DNA of 64,000 nucleotides from Candidatus Sumerlaeota bacterium (lineage in GTDB: Bacteria; Sumerlaeota; Sumerlaeia; MWCT01; JAUWMI01), in NCBI GenBank assembly GCA_030613245.1, contig JAUWMI010000008.1, forward strand, positions 27,831 through 91,830. Reading direction: 5' to 3'. Below the pieces are notes generated by a model. It saw nothing but the letters and a program-made list of their open reading frames with translations. It was not told where the DNA came from and ran no database searches. Positions 46,291-56,142 of the stretch are shown here, one piece after another; within the stretch, counting starts at the first letter, position 1, and every line of letters begins with the position of its first letter. The translations under genes and the position numbers were made by a program.

Positions 46291-47982
46291 ATGACAACGC
46301 GGATAAGGTGTATCTTGATCATCGCTATAATCTGTACGATGGTAAGTGTCGGGGTTGCGTTCGGTGGGGCACCAATGGCTACATACTCTGGCGGGGTCGT
46401 TACTGCCGACGACCTGCGCTACTATGATAGCTTGCACAGGATGCAGACCCGCCAGTACGATGCCCGGACTGATCCACGCAGCGTGCTCGATGATATTGTC
46501 GCCGAGCGACTGCTTGCTGGGAAGGCTCGCAAACTGCATTTAGAGCAGGAGCCAGAATTTCAGGCAGAGGCAAAGAAAATTGAGGAAGACTCGCTGGCAA
46601 TGAGCTTGCGAGCCCAGGTCTACGAACCTGTGAGCGTATCAAAGGAAGAGATCGAAAAAGTACACTGGGAGAGGTCCATAGATGATTATTTTCGTGAGCC
46701 CACGCGTAAGGTGCGCTACATCTTTGTGGAATGCGGACAAAATCCCACGGAAGCAAAAAAGGCTGAAGCGAAGAAGAAGGCCGATGAGCTGCGCGTGCGT
46801 GCCCAGCGCGGGGAAGACTTTGCTGAGCTTGCACGCAAGTACTCTGATGCTAATAGTGCTGTAAGAGGAGGCGACATCGGATATATTGAACGCGGGAAAT
46901 TCCAGTGGGAATTCCGACGGGTCGTCTGGTCGATCCCGCTCTGGGAGATCAGCGAGCCAGTACTCACAAAGTATGGCTATTGCATCATTCGCGTGGAGGA
47001 TGAAACAGGCCCTTCAGCCATGCCATTGGAGGAAGTTGAGGATAGCATTCGGTCTTCTCTCAAGAGTAAGAAGCGAGGCGATGCCATGTTTCATTTCCGG
47101 AGTGGGGTTTACAGTGAAGGTATATACAAGCAGCATCTGGAGCCTTTACAGAAAGAGAATCCCTCTGCATCTGATGTGCTGGTTACCATTGGGGATTTTC
47201 AGTATACCTATGGCGATTTTAAGAAGAGGCTGGAAGAGGAGAATCAGGATATTACGCAAATGCTTCCGGAGGACCGGGAGGAATGGCTCAATAATGTGAT
47301 GGATGAGTTTTACTTTACCCAGGTAGCAGCGGCAAAGGGGGTTCAGGCTACGCCGCGCTATAAGGCGTTTATCGAGTTCCAGAAAGATGCTAAACTTACC
47401 ACCCGGTATCTGGAAAAGAAGCTGGAAGATGCAACACCGTCGAATCGCGAGTTAAAAAGGTTCTATGATAGTAACCCGAAGATGTTTGAATACCTGATCC
47501 GGCGCCATCTGAAACTAATCTTAGTTAAAGCCGATCTGCCAGAGAAAGCCAACCGTGCGCAACGCCATTATGCATTCCAGGCTGCGAAGAAGAAGATCCA
47601 GACTGTGGTTGACAAGCTCAAGCAGGGTGAATCGTTCGAGACGCTGGCTGACCGCTATGATGAAACGGCAAACCACAAGCCAGGCGGCGATATCGGATGG
47701 GTTCAGGAGCCCACAGCGCCGTATGTTGATGTGACGGCTCGCAAGATAGCTGAGGGAGATGTGAGTGACCCTGTTGAGTTCAGCCGGGGCTACGTTATGG
47801 TCAAGGTGGAGAAGATCAAGATACCAAAGTTTGGTGAGGTACGTGATAAAGTGCTGAAGCAATGGACAAAGTCGAAGCGTCGCGAGCTCAACGCCCGACT
47901 GCGCCAGGAGGCGCTACGCGAGGCAAAGTTTAAAATCAACGAAAAGGGTTTGGCAGCTTATCTCAAGACGCACAAGGAGTAG
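46291..47982 (+). CDS. Periplasmic SurA/PrsA-like chaperone with two parvulin-type peptidyl-prolyl isomerase domains
   Basis: Start MTTRIRCILIIAIICTMVSVGVAFG (signal) with GGAGG 7 nt upstream. Two PpiC blocks (ARKYSDANSAVRGGDIGYIERG; ADRYDETANHKPGGDIGWVQE). Confidence 0.75.
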   Translation: MTTRIRCILIIAIICTMVSVGVAFGGAPMATYSGGVVTADDLRYYDSLHRMQTRQYDARTDPRSVLDDIVAERLLAGKARKLHLEQEPEFQAEAKKIEEDSLAMSLRAQVYEPVSVSKEEIEKVHWERSIDDYFREPTRKVRYIFVECGQNPTEAKKAEAKKKADELRVRAQRGEDFAELARKYSDANSAVRGGDIGYIERGKFQWEFRRVVWSIPLWEISEPVLTKYGYCIIRVEDETGPSAMPLEEVEDSIRSSLKSKKRGDAMFHFRSGVYSEGIYKQHLEPLQKENPSASDVLVTIGDFQYTYGDFKKRLEEENQDITQMLPEDREEWLNNVMDEFYFTQVAAAKGVQATPRYKAFIEFQKDAKLTTRYLEKKLEDATPSNRELKRFYDSNPKMFEYLIRRHLKLILVKADLPEKANRAQRHYAFQAAKKKIQTVVDKLKQGESFETLADRYDETANHKPGGDIGWVQEPTAPYVDVTARKIAEGDVSDPVEFSRGYVMVKVEKIKIPKFGEVRDKVLKQWTKSKRRELNARLRQEALREAKFKINEKGLAAYLKTHKE

Positions 47983-48045
47983 CATTGCGAAGTTTCTTCC
48001 AACCTTTGTTTCTCGCGTAAGACTAATCGAAATTTTTGCCGATGG

Positions 48046-48086
48046 GTCTCCCCGTTGTTTTTCGTGTAGACGGGGAGATTATTTTT
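48046..48086 (+). terminator. Rho-independent terminator downstream of the surA-like gene
   Basis: GTCTCCCCGT-(14-nt loop)-ACGGGGAGAT followed by TATTTTTT. Confidence 0.6.
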
Positions 48087-48279
48087 TAGGAGTAGAGCCA
48101 CCGAGACACAGAGCATCGAATTTGCCAATAGGGTGACCGAAAGGATCATCGGCTGTGGGTCCAAGATTCATCGGAAAGAGATTTATCATTTGACAATCTC
48201 TGTGTCTCTGTGCCTCTGTGGCATTCTTTATTCAAAATGCACTACAAAGGCCTACTACTCTAGCTGCGGGAGAGGATAG

Positions 48280-50532
48280 ATGAACGTCCTGCCAACTTCA
48301 CCAGACACCGCCAACTCGGCACAAGCCATTGACCGCTATTTTCGCGACATGCAGCGCTGGAATTATGATGTGGCCTATAGCGCCTTCTATGCCTTTTCCA
48401 TGAAGAAGGTGCAAGAGGAGTATGGCGACCTGTATCGCGCATTTACAAGGCGTGCTCATGAGCTGGGAATAAAGGCGTGCGTCCAGATACAATCCACAGT
48501 GGCGTTTTCTGACGATCTCCCGCTGGAAGAAGGCCAGTACTACGCTGATAATAGCACGCTCACCTACGAGCATTTCGCAGGCACTGGCAAGAAGAATTTC
48601 TTCGCCTCCTTTGCTTCGGAGGCATGGCTGTCGTTTCTCAGGAATCTCACGCAGCTTTTTCGCGACTATGGATTCGATTGGGTAGTCTACGAGGAGCCGA
48701 TGTATCGCGTAGACGTTCCTGGCACAAAGGATCGCTTCTATCAACGGTTTCGAACCGCCTATCCTGATTTGCCCTATCCCACGCGGCAGTGGGATTCCCT
48801 GGCGTACGTGCGGATGCAGGAGCTGAAGCGGCGCATCTTGCTGGAGTTCTATGATGAGCTCACACGAGCGGCAAAGAATTTTGGCTACGAGAAATGTGGC
48901 ATCATGCCCTGGTTCTTTTCTCCTACGTTTGAAAATACGCCAATGGAGAGCTGGAATTCCTGCTGCGACACGGGGCGAGTTACGTTTTTGCCGGGTGTGG
49001 ATTTTATCGTGGTTCGCATGCAGCCGGATAATATTTATGGCGAGGCGATGATGGCCAGCTCCGGCGAATCGCTACCTCGCCTTGGGTATCTTGAGGTGTT
49101 GGCCCATTCACTGGGCAAGCCCATTATTGCGGTGAACAATCCAACGAACGAACACCTGCCGCCTCGCTACGAAGGCAAAACGCTCTTTCCCTACGACTAT
49201 TTTGCGCGCTACACGCTCGCCGCCACGGCGGCTGCACCAGGCGGCATGACTCGCCACTGGTACGGTAAGGACTACGACCGCGATACCCAGCACATGTCGC
49301 TGCTGAGCGAGGTCAATCGCTACCTACCGCGGCTCGGAACTGCTTCCTCGCCCATTGCATTTGTATTCTCCTACCATGGAATCGCACGTCCGTTGCCACG
49401 GAGCTGGCGCGAGATCTGGAAGACCTACTGGAATTTTGCGCGGCCGCTTCTCTATTGCGACGCGCTACCGTTTTTGACATTTTACGCCGACAGTTTGAAA
49501 CAATGTCTCGAGCATCATCCTGAAGTGCGCGTGATCGTATTGTCAGAATACTTTCCGGTTGGGCCTGAGGAGCGTGAGCTGCTGCGCCAATGGGTGCAAG
49601 GTCATCCATCTCGGCGTCTCGTATATTTCGGTGGCCGCAATGGCTATCGCTACGACTCTCAGGGCCTCTATAGCGATTTTACGCCGCGCCCTCCCGAAGT
49701 CCTTTCTCTGTTTGGCATTGATTCTGAGCAGCAGATCGAGACGATTGCCCTGGATGATTCGATTGAGATCGAGTTCATTGGCTCAAATCCACAGGACGCT
49801 ATGCTTGGCACCCGACCGGCATTTACCTGCTACGGCTATGGCCGCCCCGTGTTTGAGCCTCAGGTTCAAAGCGAGGTTCTGTACCGCTCGACGTACGATC
49901 AGACGCCGATAATCACGCGGGTGCAGTATGGAGGCCAGGGAGGGTATGCTCTATACATTGGATGCAGCCTGGACGGTGATAACCTGGGCCTGGATTTCGC
50001 GAAAATCCTGGTGCATCTGCTTCAAGATGGCCAGGCCAAAGATGAACCACAATCTCCGTTTCCTGTTGTCACTGACTGCTCGCATGGTCTTCTCTGGAAT
50101 CAGACGCAAACAGGCTACCTCATTGTGTCAAATTGCAGCGGCAGGCAGGGCAAGTATAGGATTACAGAGCAAATCCCGGCGCTTTGGGACGTCAAGCAGA
50201 AGTGCCTGCTCTCTCCGCCATATGAGTTCGCACTTGTATCGTTAAGCTTTCACCTATATAAGATACTTACTTCACAATCGAAACTGCTGGACGTTGAGGG
50301 AATGGTCTATCTCACACGAATTGAAGAGGGCAATGAGTGTATTCAGCTTGATGCGTACTGGCAGGGCCAGGCCGCGCTGACATTGCGATGCCTTCCCGAT
50401 CGTGTCTGCTGGGACGAACAACAACTATCGGTTGAGGTAAAAGAACATGATGGCGTTTGCAGCGTGACTACGCACGTTCCCCGTGCAGGTGACGCACGTA
50501 TCAGCGTGACATTCAAACAGGAGCATCAATGA
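48280..50532 (+). CDS. Large hypothetical cytoplasmic protein (750 aa), possible glycoside-hydrolase-like fold
   Basis: Long intact ORF with no signal peptide and no motif I can assign confidently. 4-nt overlap (ATGA) with the downstream amidohydrolase gene. Confidence 0.55.
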   Translation: MNVLPTSPDTANSAQAIDRYFRDMQRWNYDVAYSAFYAFSMKKVQEEYGDLYRAFTRRAHELGIKACVQIQSTVAFSDDLPLEEGQYYADNSTLTYEHFAGTGKKNFFASFASEAWLSFLRNLTQLFRDYGFDWVVYEEPMYRVDVPGTKDRFYQRFRTAYPDLPYPTRQWDSLAYVRMQELKRRILLEFYDELTRAAKNFGYEKCGIMPWFFSPTFENTPMESWNSCCDTGRVTFLPGVDFIVVRMQPDNIYGEAMMASSGESLPRLGYLEVLAHSLGKPIIAVNNPTNEHLPPRYEGKTLFPYDYFARYTLAATAAAPGGMTRHWYGKDYDRDTQHMSLLSEVNRYLPRLGTASSPIAFVFSYHGIARPLPRSWREIWKTYWNFARPLLYCDALPFLTFYADSLKQCLEHHPEVRVIVLSEYFPVGPEERELLRQWVQGHPSRRLVYFGGRNGYRYDSQGLYSDFTPRPPEVLSLFGIDSEQQIETIALDDSIEIEFIGSNPQDAMLGTRPAFTCYGYGRPVFEPQVQSEVLYRSTYDQTPIITRVQYGGQGGYALYIGCSLDGDNLGLDFAKILVHLLQDGQAKDEPQSPFPVVTDCSHGLLWNQTQTGYLIVSNCSGRQGKYRITEQIPALWDVKQKCLLSPPYEFALVSLSFHLYKILTSQSKLLDVEGMVYLTRIEEGNECIQLDAYWQGQAALTLRCLPDRVCWDEQQLSVEVKEHDGVCSVTTHVPRAGDARISVTFKQEHQ

Positions 50533-51929
50533 TGAGCTCAATCCTCATTCGCAATGCTATGCTGATTGCCACGTTTGACGATGAGTCGCGCATCGAGCGC
50601 AACGCGGATCTCTACATCGAAGGGCAGGAAATCAAGGCCATTGGGCCGCAGCTACAGGTCAAGGCGGATGAAATTATTGATGCCAGCCGTATGATTGTGC
50701 TGCCTGGCCTCATCAATACGCACCATCATCTGTTTCAAACCCTCACCCGCAACATCCCACGCGTGCAGAATGCGACCCTCTTCGAGTGGCTCACCACGCT
50801 TTATCCTATCTGGCAGGAGCTCACGCCTGAGGCGGTTTACTGGAGTGCCCTGGCGGGTATGGGCGAGTTGCTGCTGACCGGGTGCACCACAACCACGGAT
50901 CACCTCTACATCTTTCCGCGCGGCACGTCAGCAGAGCTGCTGGATGAAACCATTCGCGCGGCGCGCGACATCGGCATGCGCTTTTACCCCACGCGGGGCA
51001 GCATGTGCCGCGGTAAATCACAGGGTGGACTGCCGCCTGATGACATTGTGCAGCAGCCCGACGAAATTATCCGCGATAGCGAGCGCTTGATCCAGACCTA
51101 TCACGACTCCAAGCGCTTCTCCATGTGTCAGATTGCTCTATCGCCCTGTTCACCCTTCTCTGTAGATGAAGGGGTTTTGCGCGAGATCGCACAGCTCGCT
51201 CGCCAGCACGGAGTGCGTCTGCATACTCATATCGCGGAAACGCGCGATGAAGAAACCTACTGCCAGCAGGTCTACGGCAAACGCCCACTGGCGTTTCTTG
51301 AATCCGTTGGCTGGCTGGGTAGCGATGTGTGGCTTGCGCATGCGATTCATCTCGACGATGGTGAGCTTAGCCAGCTGGCTCAAACGCAGACTGGCGTGGC
51401 TCATTGCCCGGTTTCCAACATGCGGCTGGCCTCAGGGGTTGCGCGTGTGCCTCGTATGCTGGAGCTCGACGTGCCAGTGGGATTGGCCATTGATGGCAGC
51501 GCGAGCAACGACAGCTCAGACATGCTCGGCGAAGTACGCCAGTGTTTGCTCGTGCACCGCCTGAGCTCAGGTGTGGGTGCGATGTCTGCCGAGCAGGCAT
51601 TGCGGCTTGCCACGCGCGGAGGGGCGCGGCTCTTCGGCCGTGACGACATCGGAAGCCTCGAGCTCGGCAAAGCGGGTGACTGCATTCTGATTGACCTAAA
51701 CCAGATTGGCTTTGCAGGCGCACTTCACGATCCACTTGCCGCTGTGGTCTTTTGCGGTAGCTCCCACATTGTCCACACCGCTATTGTGAATGGAGAAATC
51801 GTGGTTCGTAGCGGCCGATTGACCGGAGTAGACGAACAAAGCATTGTGGAGAAAGTCAACAGCCTGGGCGGCGAGATGGTACGTCGTGCTACCAGGCGGA
51901 CCGGCATAGATGTTTTGAAACATCGGTAG
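50529..51929 (+). CDS. Amidohydrolase-superfamily deaminase (8-oxoguanine / guanine-cytosine deaminase-like)
   Basis: LINTHHHLFQTLTRN metal-binding HxH block. HIAET and DxS...D downstream motifs. 466 aa. Confidence 0.7.
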   Translation: MMSSILIRNAMLIATFDDESRIERNADLYIEGQEIKAIGPQLQVKADEIIDASRMIVLPGLINTHHHLFQTLTRNIPRVQNATLFEWLTTLYPIWQELTPEAVYWSALAGMGELLLTGCTTTTDHLYIFPRGTSAELLDETIRAARDIGMRFYPTRGSMCRGKSQGGLPPDDIVQQPDEIIRDSERLIQTYHDSKRFSMCQIALSPCSPFSVDEGVLREIAQLARQHGVRLHTHIAETRDEETYCQQVYGKRPLAFLESVGWLGSDVWLAHAIHLDDGELSQLAQTQTGVAHCPVSNMRLASGVARVPRMLELDVPVGLAIDGSASNDSSDMLGEVRQCLLVHRLSSGVGAMSAEQALRLATRGGARLFGRDDIGSLELGKAGDCILIDLNQIGFAGALHDPLAAVVFCGSSHIVHTAIVNGEIVVRSGRLTGVDEQSIVEKVNSLGGEMVRRATRRTGIDVLKHR

Positions 51930-52144
51930 CCTCTATGTTACTTTAATCTGCTTTGTTGGCTTCTCTTACGTAAATAATCCTTGCATTTGGAAGCGCCATT
52001 ATTTTATAAACCCGTATAAGAGAAAGTTTGATAGGTTCCGGTGGGGAATTTTAAGGAATCTGCATTAAGCCACACGTAGTTCGGATACTGCTCTGCAAAT
52101 AGTAGCCACAAGACTCTTGCATAGAGACGATACGGAATGGGACC

Positions 52145-52924
52145 ATGGCGATGTGGGCATCTGACAGAAGTAAAGGATATATGCGGTTCTGGACTCTGGG
52201 AGGAATCATGGTGCTTTCGTTTCTTCTTTCGCTATTTTCACGCTGCACCGGGCAACCACCGCCACCTAAAAAGGAAAAGCCAGGTGAGGAGTGGCTCATG
52301 ACTAGTAGACAGGAGATGGTGGAGCGGCAGATTAAGGCCCGTGGCGTCTCGAACGAGGGCGTGCTCAAGGCAATGCTCAAGGTCGAGCGCCATAAATACG
52401 TGCCGGAGGAGTATCTGACATACTCCTATTACGACGACCCGCTACCGATTGGCGAGGGTCAGACCATCTCGCAGCCTTACATCGTTGCCCTGATGACTGA
52501 ACTTCTCGATGTCCAACCAGGGCATCGTGTGCTCGAAATCGGCACGGGCTCCGGGTATCAAGCCGCTATTCTGGCAGAGCTCACTGACCAGGTCTATAGC
52601 ATTGAGATTGTCCCGAAACTTGCTGAGGATGCAGCCGAGCGCTTGCGTAATCTGGGATACGATAAAGTTGTGGTGAAATGCGGGGATGGGTATCAGGGAT
52701 GGGAGGAACATGCACCATTTGACGGCATCATTGTGACTGCCGCGCCTGACCACATACCCCAGCCCCTGATTGACCAGCTTAAGGTGGGTGGCCGCCTGGT
52801 TATCCCTGTGGGCGAGCACTATCAGGAACTGGTGTTAATCATAAAAACAGACAAGGGAATCAAGCGCAAGACAGTTATTCCCGTGCGCTTCGTGCCAATG
52901 ACCGGCGAAGCACAGGAACGCTGA
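52145..52924 (+). CDS. pcm: Protein-L-isoaspartate O-methyltransferase with N-terminal hydrophobic/signal segment
   Basis: ISQPYIVALMTELLDVQPGHRVLEIGTGSGYQAAILAEL. Start may be the internal ATG at 52181 (MRFWTLGGIMVLSFLL). Confidence 0.8.
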   Translation: MAMWASDRSKGYMRFWTLGGIMVLSFLLSLFSRCTGQPPPPKKEKPGEEWLMTSRQEMVERQIKARGVSNEGVLKAMLKVERHKYVPEEYLTYSYYDDPLPIGEGQTISQPYIVALMTELLDVQPGHRVLEIGTGSGYQAAILAELTDQVYSIEIVPKLAEDAAERLRNLGYDKVVVKCGDGYQGWEEHAPFDGIIVTAAPDHIPQPLIDQLKVGGRLVIPVGEHYQELVLIIKTDKGIKRKTVIPVRFVPMTGEAQER

Positions 52925-53014
52925 GTTTCCCAGCACTTGCAGCACGGAGATATCTGCTTGGTGATTTGAAAATCTTTTTTATAAGCCTCTGGCTCATTGG
53001 TAGGAATAAATATT

Positions 53015-53055
53015 AAAGAGCGCTTGGGCAAAATACCTCAAGCGCTCTTTTATAT
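53015..53055. terminator. Bidirectional hairpin terminator between pcm and tRNA-Gly
   Basis: AAAGAGCGCTTG-(12-nt loop)-CAAGCGCTCTTT with T/A-rich flanks on both sides. Confidence 0.5.
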
Positions 53056-53082
53056 GCAGCAGTGTTTCGGATCTTTTTGAAA

Positions 53083-53159
53083 TGGAGCGGGAGACGGGAT
53101 TCGAACCCGCGATCTTCAGCTTGGAAGGCTGATGTTCTAGCCAACTGAACTACTCCCGC
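53083..53159 (-). tRNA. tRNA-Gly (anticodon UCC)
   Basis: Reverse complement folds as a cloverleaf. Acceptor GCGGGAG/CTCCCGC. D-stem GTTC/GAAC. Anticodon stem TCAGC/GCTGA with loop CTTCCAA. T-arm GCGGG-TTCGAAT-CCCGT. 3' CCA encoded. Confidence 0.9.
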
Positions 53160-53546
53160 GCGAGGAAACGAGACAGAAATTTTCACACCGAAAATTCAAT
53201 TTAAGTTTGCCAGAGCAGTCTTCGCATTGTCAACGGAAATACATCTGCGTCAATACTTGGCTAAAATGCTCAACACCTGAATACAGGACAGTGCAGTTGC
53301 CCTCTAGAGATGCTATTTGGATTTTACACAGCCGTAGAGCCTTGCTGGTGCGGAATCAGACGTCCGGTTGCCTGGGCGAGTGGTCGAAAAAGATATTGAA
53401 AGTCCTCCTGGACGTTAGCATAATTCCGCTCACTGGTTGAGAAAAAACGTGTGAGTAGCCAAGCGTACCCGGTGGGCAGGTGGGTGTTTGAAGGATTCCA
53501 TCCGGTCGTTGCCGTCGGCATCTGTTCAAGGTCAAGGAGGGAAAAG

Positions 53547-54542
53547 ATGATACCGAGAGTTTTGATAAGTGCTACATTGCTTAGTCTGGTGGCACTATTT
53601 GCAGGCTGTGCGACCTACTTTCATTCGTTCGATCAGATTGCGGTCGAGCAATCTCGCTGGGCTATGCGCAGGGCGCAGCCTTCGCCTGATCTGGATCAGC
53701 TAGTCACGCGCTACGTAACCGACAGCGTACATGAAATTGGCGAGGGTCACGTGACAACCGATACTGTTTGGGTCACGCTGATTGACCTGCGCGACCCACA
53801 TTATATGAAGCTTGGCCACTACCGCGGGGATGAACCCGTGTATCCCGCGAGTGTAATAAAAGTGGGTTACATGACGGCGGTTTTTCATCAGGCACGCACC
53901 GGCATGCTACCAATGTCACGTGCGGTAAAAAAGGATCTCAAATTGATGATCGGCATCAGCGATAACGAGGCCACAAATCGCCTGCTGGATCGCCTGACTG
54001 GTACCGAGTCAGGTCCTGAGCTCTCGCGTGAGGAATTCGCCAGATTTCGCCATAAACGCTACACCGTAGATCGCTACCTCAAGCACCTCGGTCTTCCCGG
54101 TATTTTCGCGATTCAGAAAACCTGGTCAAAGGCACCGTTCGGACGTGATATCCAGCTTCTGGGGCGCTACACTGGAGATCACTACCAGTATAGCAACAAG
54201 ATGACGATGAACGACACCGCACGGTTGCTCTACCTTATTGCTGAAGAGCAGGTGGTGGATCGGCGGTCGTGCCGAAGAATGCTGAACCTGATGCAGCGCA
54301 AACCGCAGCGTGCCAAGCAGTGGCGGGTCAAACGCATTGCCGCAGGAGCGCCCAATTCCGCCAGAGTATGGAGCAAGGCGGGATGGACAGGCCTCGAGAA
54401 TCACGACGCTGCAATTGTTGAACTGGCCGACGGAAGTCGGTTTATCCTTGTCGTCTTTACGCTTTATAAAGAGAAGGAGACAGATATTATCCAGCGAATC
54501 ACCGAGAAAGTAGTCGCCGCCCTTTCCAGCTGCTCGGGATGA
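53547..54542 (+). CDS. Serine hydrolase, class A beta-lactamase-related lipoprotein
   Basis: AAGGAGG 6 nt before the ATG at 53547. Lipoprotein signal MIPRVLISATLLSLVALFAGC. SxxK motif (ASVIK); SDN-like ISDNEATN. Confidence 0.7.
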   Translation: MIPRVLISATLLSLVALFAGCATYFHSFDQIAVEQSRWAMRRAQPSPDLDQLVTRYVTDSVHEIGEGHVTTDTVWVTLIDLRDPHYMKLGHYRGDEPVYPASVIKVGYMTAVFHQARTGMLPMSRAVKKDLKLMIGISDNEATNRLLDRLTGTESGPELSREEFARFRHKRYTVDRYLKHLGLPGIFAIQKTWSKAPFGRDIQLLGRYTGDHYQYSNKMTMNDTARLLYLIAEEQVVDRRSCRRMLNLMQRKPQRAKQWRVKRIAAGAPNSARVWSKAGWTGLENHDAAIVELADGSRFILVVFTLYKEKETDIIQRITEKVVAALSSCSG

Positions 54543-54701
54543 CACACGGCTCCTTTTGTACACGGCCCAGAACTGGCGCCTTAGCCCTTATGATGCCGCT
54601 TACAATTTATATTTTCTTCCGTATTTTCTCGGTTGATTTTTCTTCCACGCCCCTGTATGAAACAAAACCTTTCTCACTGAAAAAACCCAGGAGACAAAAA
54701 A

Positions 54702-56000
54702 ATGAACGACTCTCTTACTGAGGAACTGCGCCAGCTGAATGCGGAACTCGACGGACTCTGGCTGCTACGGAAAATGGGTTTCACTGACGAAGCAATGTAT
54801 CAGGAGGAAAATATCATCCGCGTGTTTTGTCCGATTCACAAAGATCTAGTCCGCAAGTCGCTGATCGTTGACCTGGAGAAGAAGGAATTCAGCTGTCAGT
54901 ATGCGCAGTGCGATGCCCACGCCGGTGGGTTACTGGTGGAGTTGTACGCCCGGTTTATGGATATTGAGCTGGGCCAGGTGAGAGAGCATCTCTTTGGAGA
55001 GGAAGCGCCGGATAAAGAGCTAATACAGAAAGCCGACGCGTTGATTCAGGAAGGGAAATTGTACGAGGCGCTCCCGTTGTTGGAAAAGGCCCTGAAAATT
55101 AGTCCGCGAAACTGTATCACACGATGCAAACTGGCGGCGCTCTATCTGGAGCTCGGGAAGAGGCAACAGGGAATTCAAGAATACTTTAGAGCAGCAGAAG
55201 ACTATGGCGTTCTGGGAGAACTCCAAAAGACGCTAGGCATCTATAATATTCTCATCATTCTTTCACCTGTGGATATTAAGGTGCACAAGCGTCTGGCGTA
55301 TCTCTATTCACGGCTCGGTGAGTGCCATGAGGCCGTTGAACAGCTCAAGTGGGTCGTGAACAAGTTGCTCCAGGATAACCAGTTGAAAAAAGCCATGGAG
55401 GAATGCCAGGAAATGATTGCACTCGATCCCACTGAGCCTTCCAGTCATCAAATCCTGGCCCGTGTTCTTATTAAGAGCGGCCAGATGGTCGAAGGTGTAG
55501 CAGCACTGGAGCTGTCGGGTAATTTATATTTGAAGCGCCGCGAAAAGACGGAAGCAGAAAAGGTCGCACGCGAGGCGTTACGCTATGTCCCGAATAGTCC
55601 TACTTTGCAGGATCTGCTGGCCCGGGCTCGAGCCAGCGAAGAGAGCGAGATTGCTAAGGACTCCGCTGAGATGGCCAAAGAAGCGGAGTTTGCCGATTGG
55701 GTGAAGGATCTGGAAGAATCTATTAGCGTTGCCGCCCCAGTCCAAAAGCCTGACACTACTGAAATCTCAGCCACGGATCGTCGGGTGCTCTTATGCAAGA
55801 AGAGTTTGAAAGGTATTGATAAGGAGCATCTTGTCTCGCTCCACAAGCACCTGGTCAATATGTTTTCTGAAGTGAAACAGACATACGAGGGAGGGTTGCT
55901 GGAGAAGTGGGAACTAAAGATCGTCAAGGAGTTTTATAAGGCATTTTGTATTGCACTGGAGCAGTACAAAAAGGAACAAGGCATCACCACGAATTTCTAA
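54702..56000 (+). CDS. TPR-repeat protein with N-terminal CHC2 (primase-type) zinc-finger-like segment
   Basis: 432 aa. Multiple 34-residue TPR-like repeats. N-terminal CPIHKD...KKEFSCQYAQCDAHAG resembles the DnaG CHC2 finger CPFHNE...[13 protein letters not shown]. Confidence 0.65.
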   Translation: MNDSLTEELRQLNAELDGLWLLRKMGFTDEAMYQEENIIRVFCPIHKDLVRKSLIVDLEKKEFSCQYAQCDAHAGGLLVELYARFMDIELGQVREHLFGEEAPDKELIQKADALIQEGKLYEALPLLEKALKISPRNCITRCKLAALYLELGKRQQGIQEYFRAAEDYGVLGELQKTLGIYNILIILSPVDIKVHKRLAYLYSRLGECHEAVEQLKWVVNKLLQDNQLKKAMEECQEMIALDPTEPSSHQILARVLIKSGQMVEGVAALELSGNLYLKRREKTEAEKVAREALRYVPNSPTLQDLLARARASEESEIAKDSAEMAKEAEFADWVKDLEESISVAAPVQKPDTTEISATDRRVLLCKKSLKGIDKEHLVSLHKHLVNMFSEVKQTYEGGLLEKWELKIVKEFYKAFCIALEQYKKEQGITTNF

Positions 56001-56142
56001 TGCGCCATCTTGTTATTCCCGCCCCATGTGATTTTCTCACAAGCATGCGCCGTTTCAAAAGGGAAAACCCCAAGCCGGTCCCGATCCAATTAACATTGAA
56101 TTGAAAGAAGCATTGTTGAACAACCTGGAGCCAATGGCCGAC

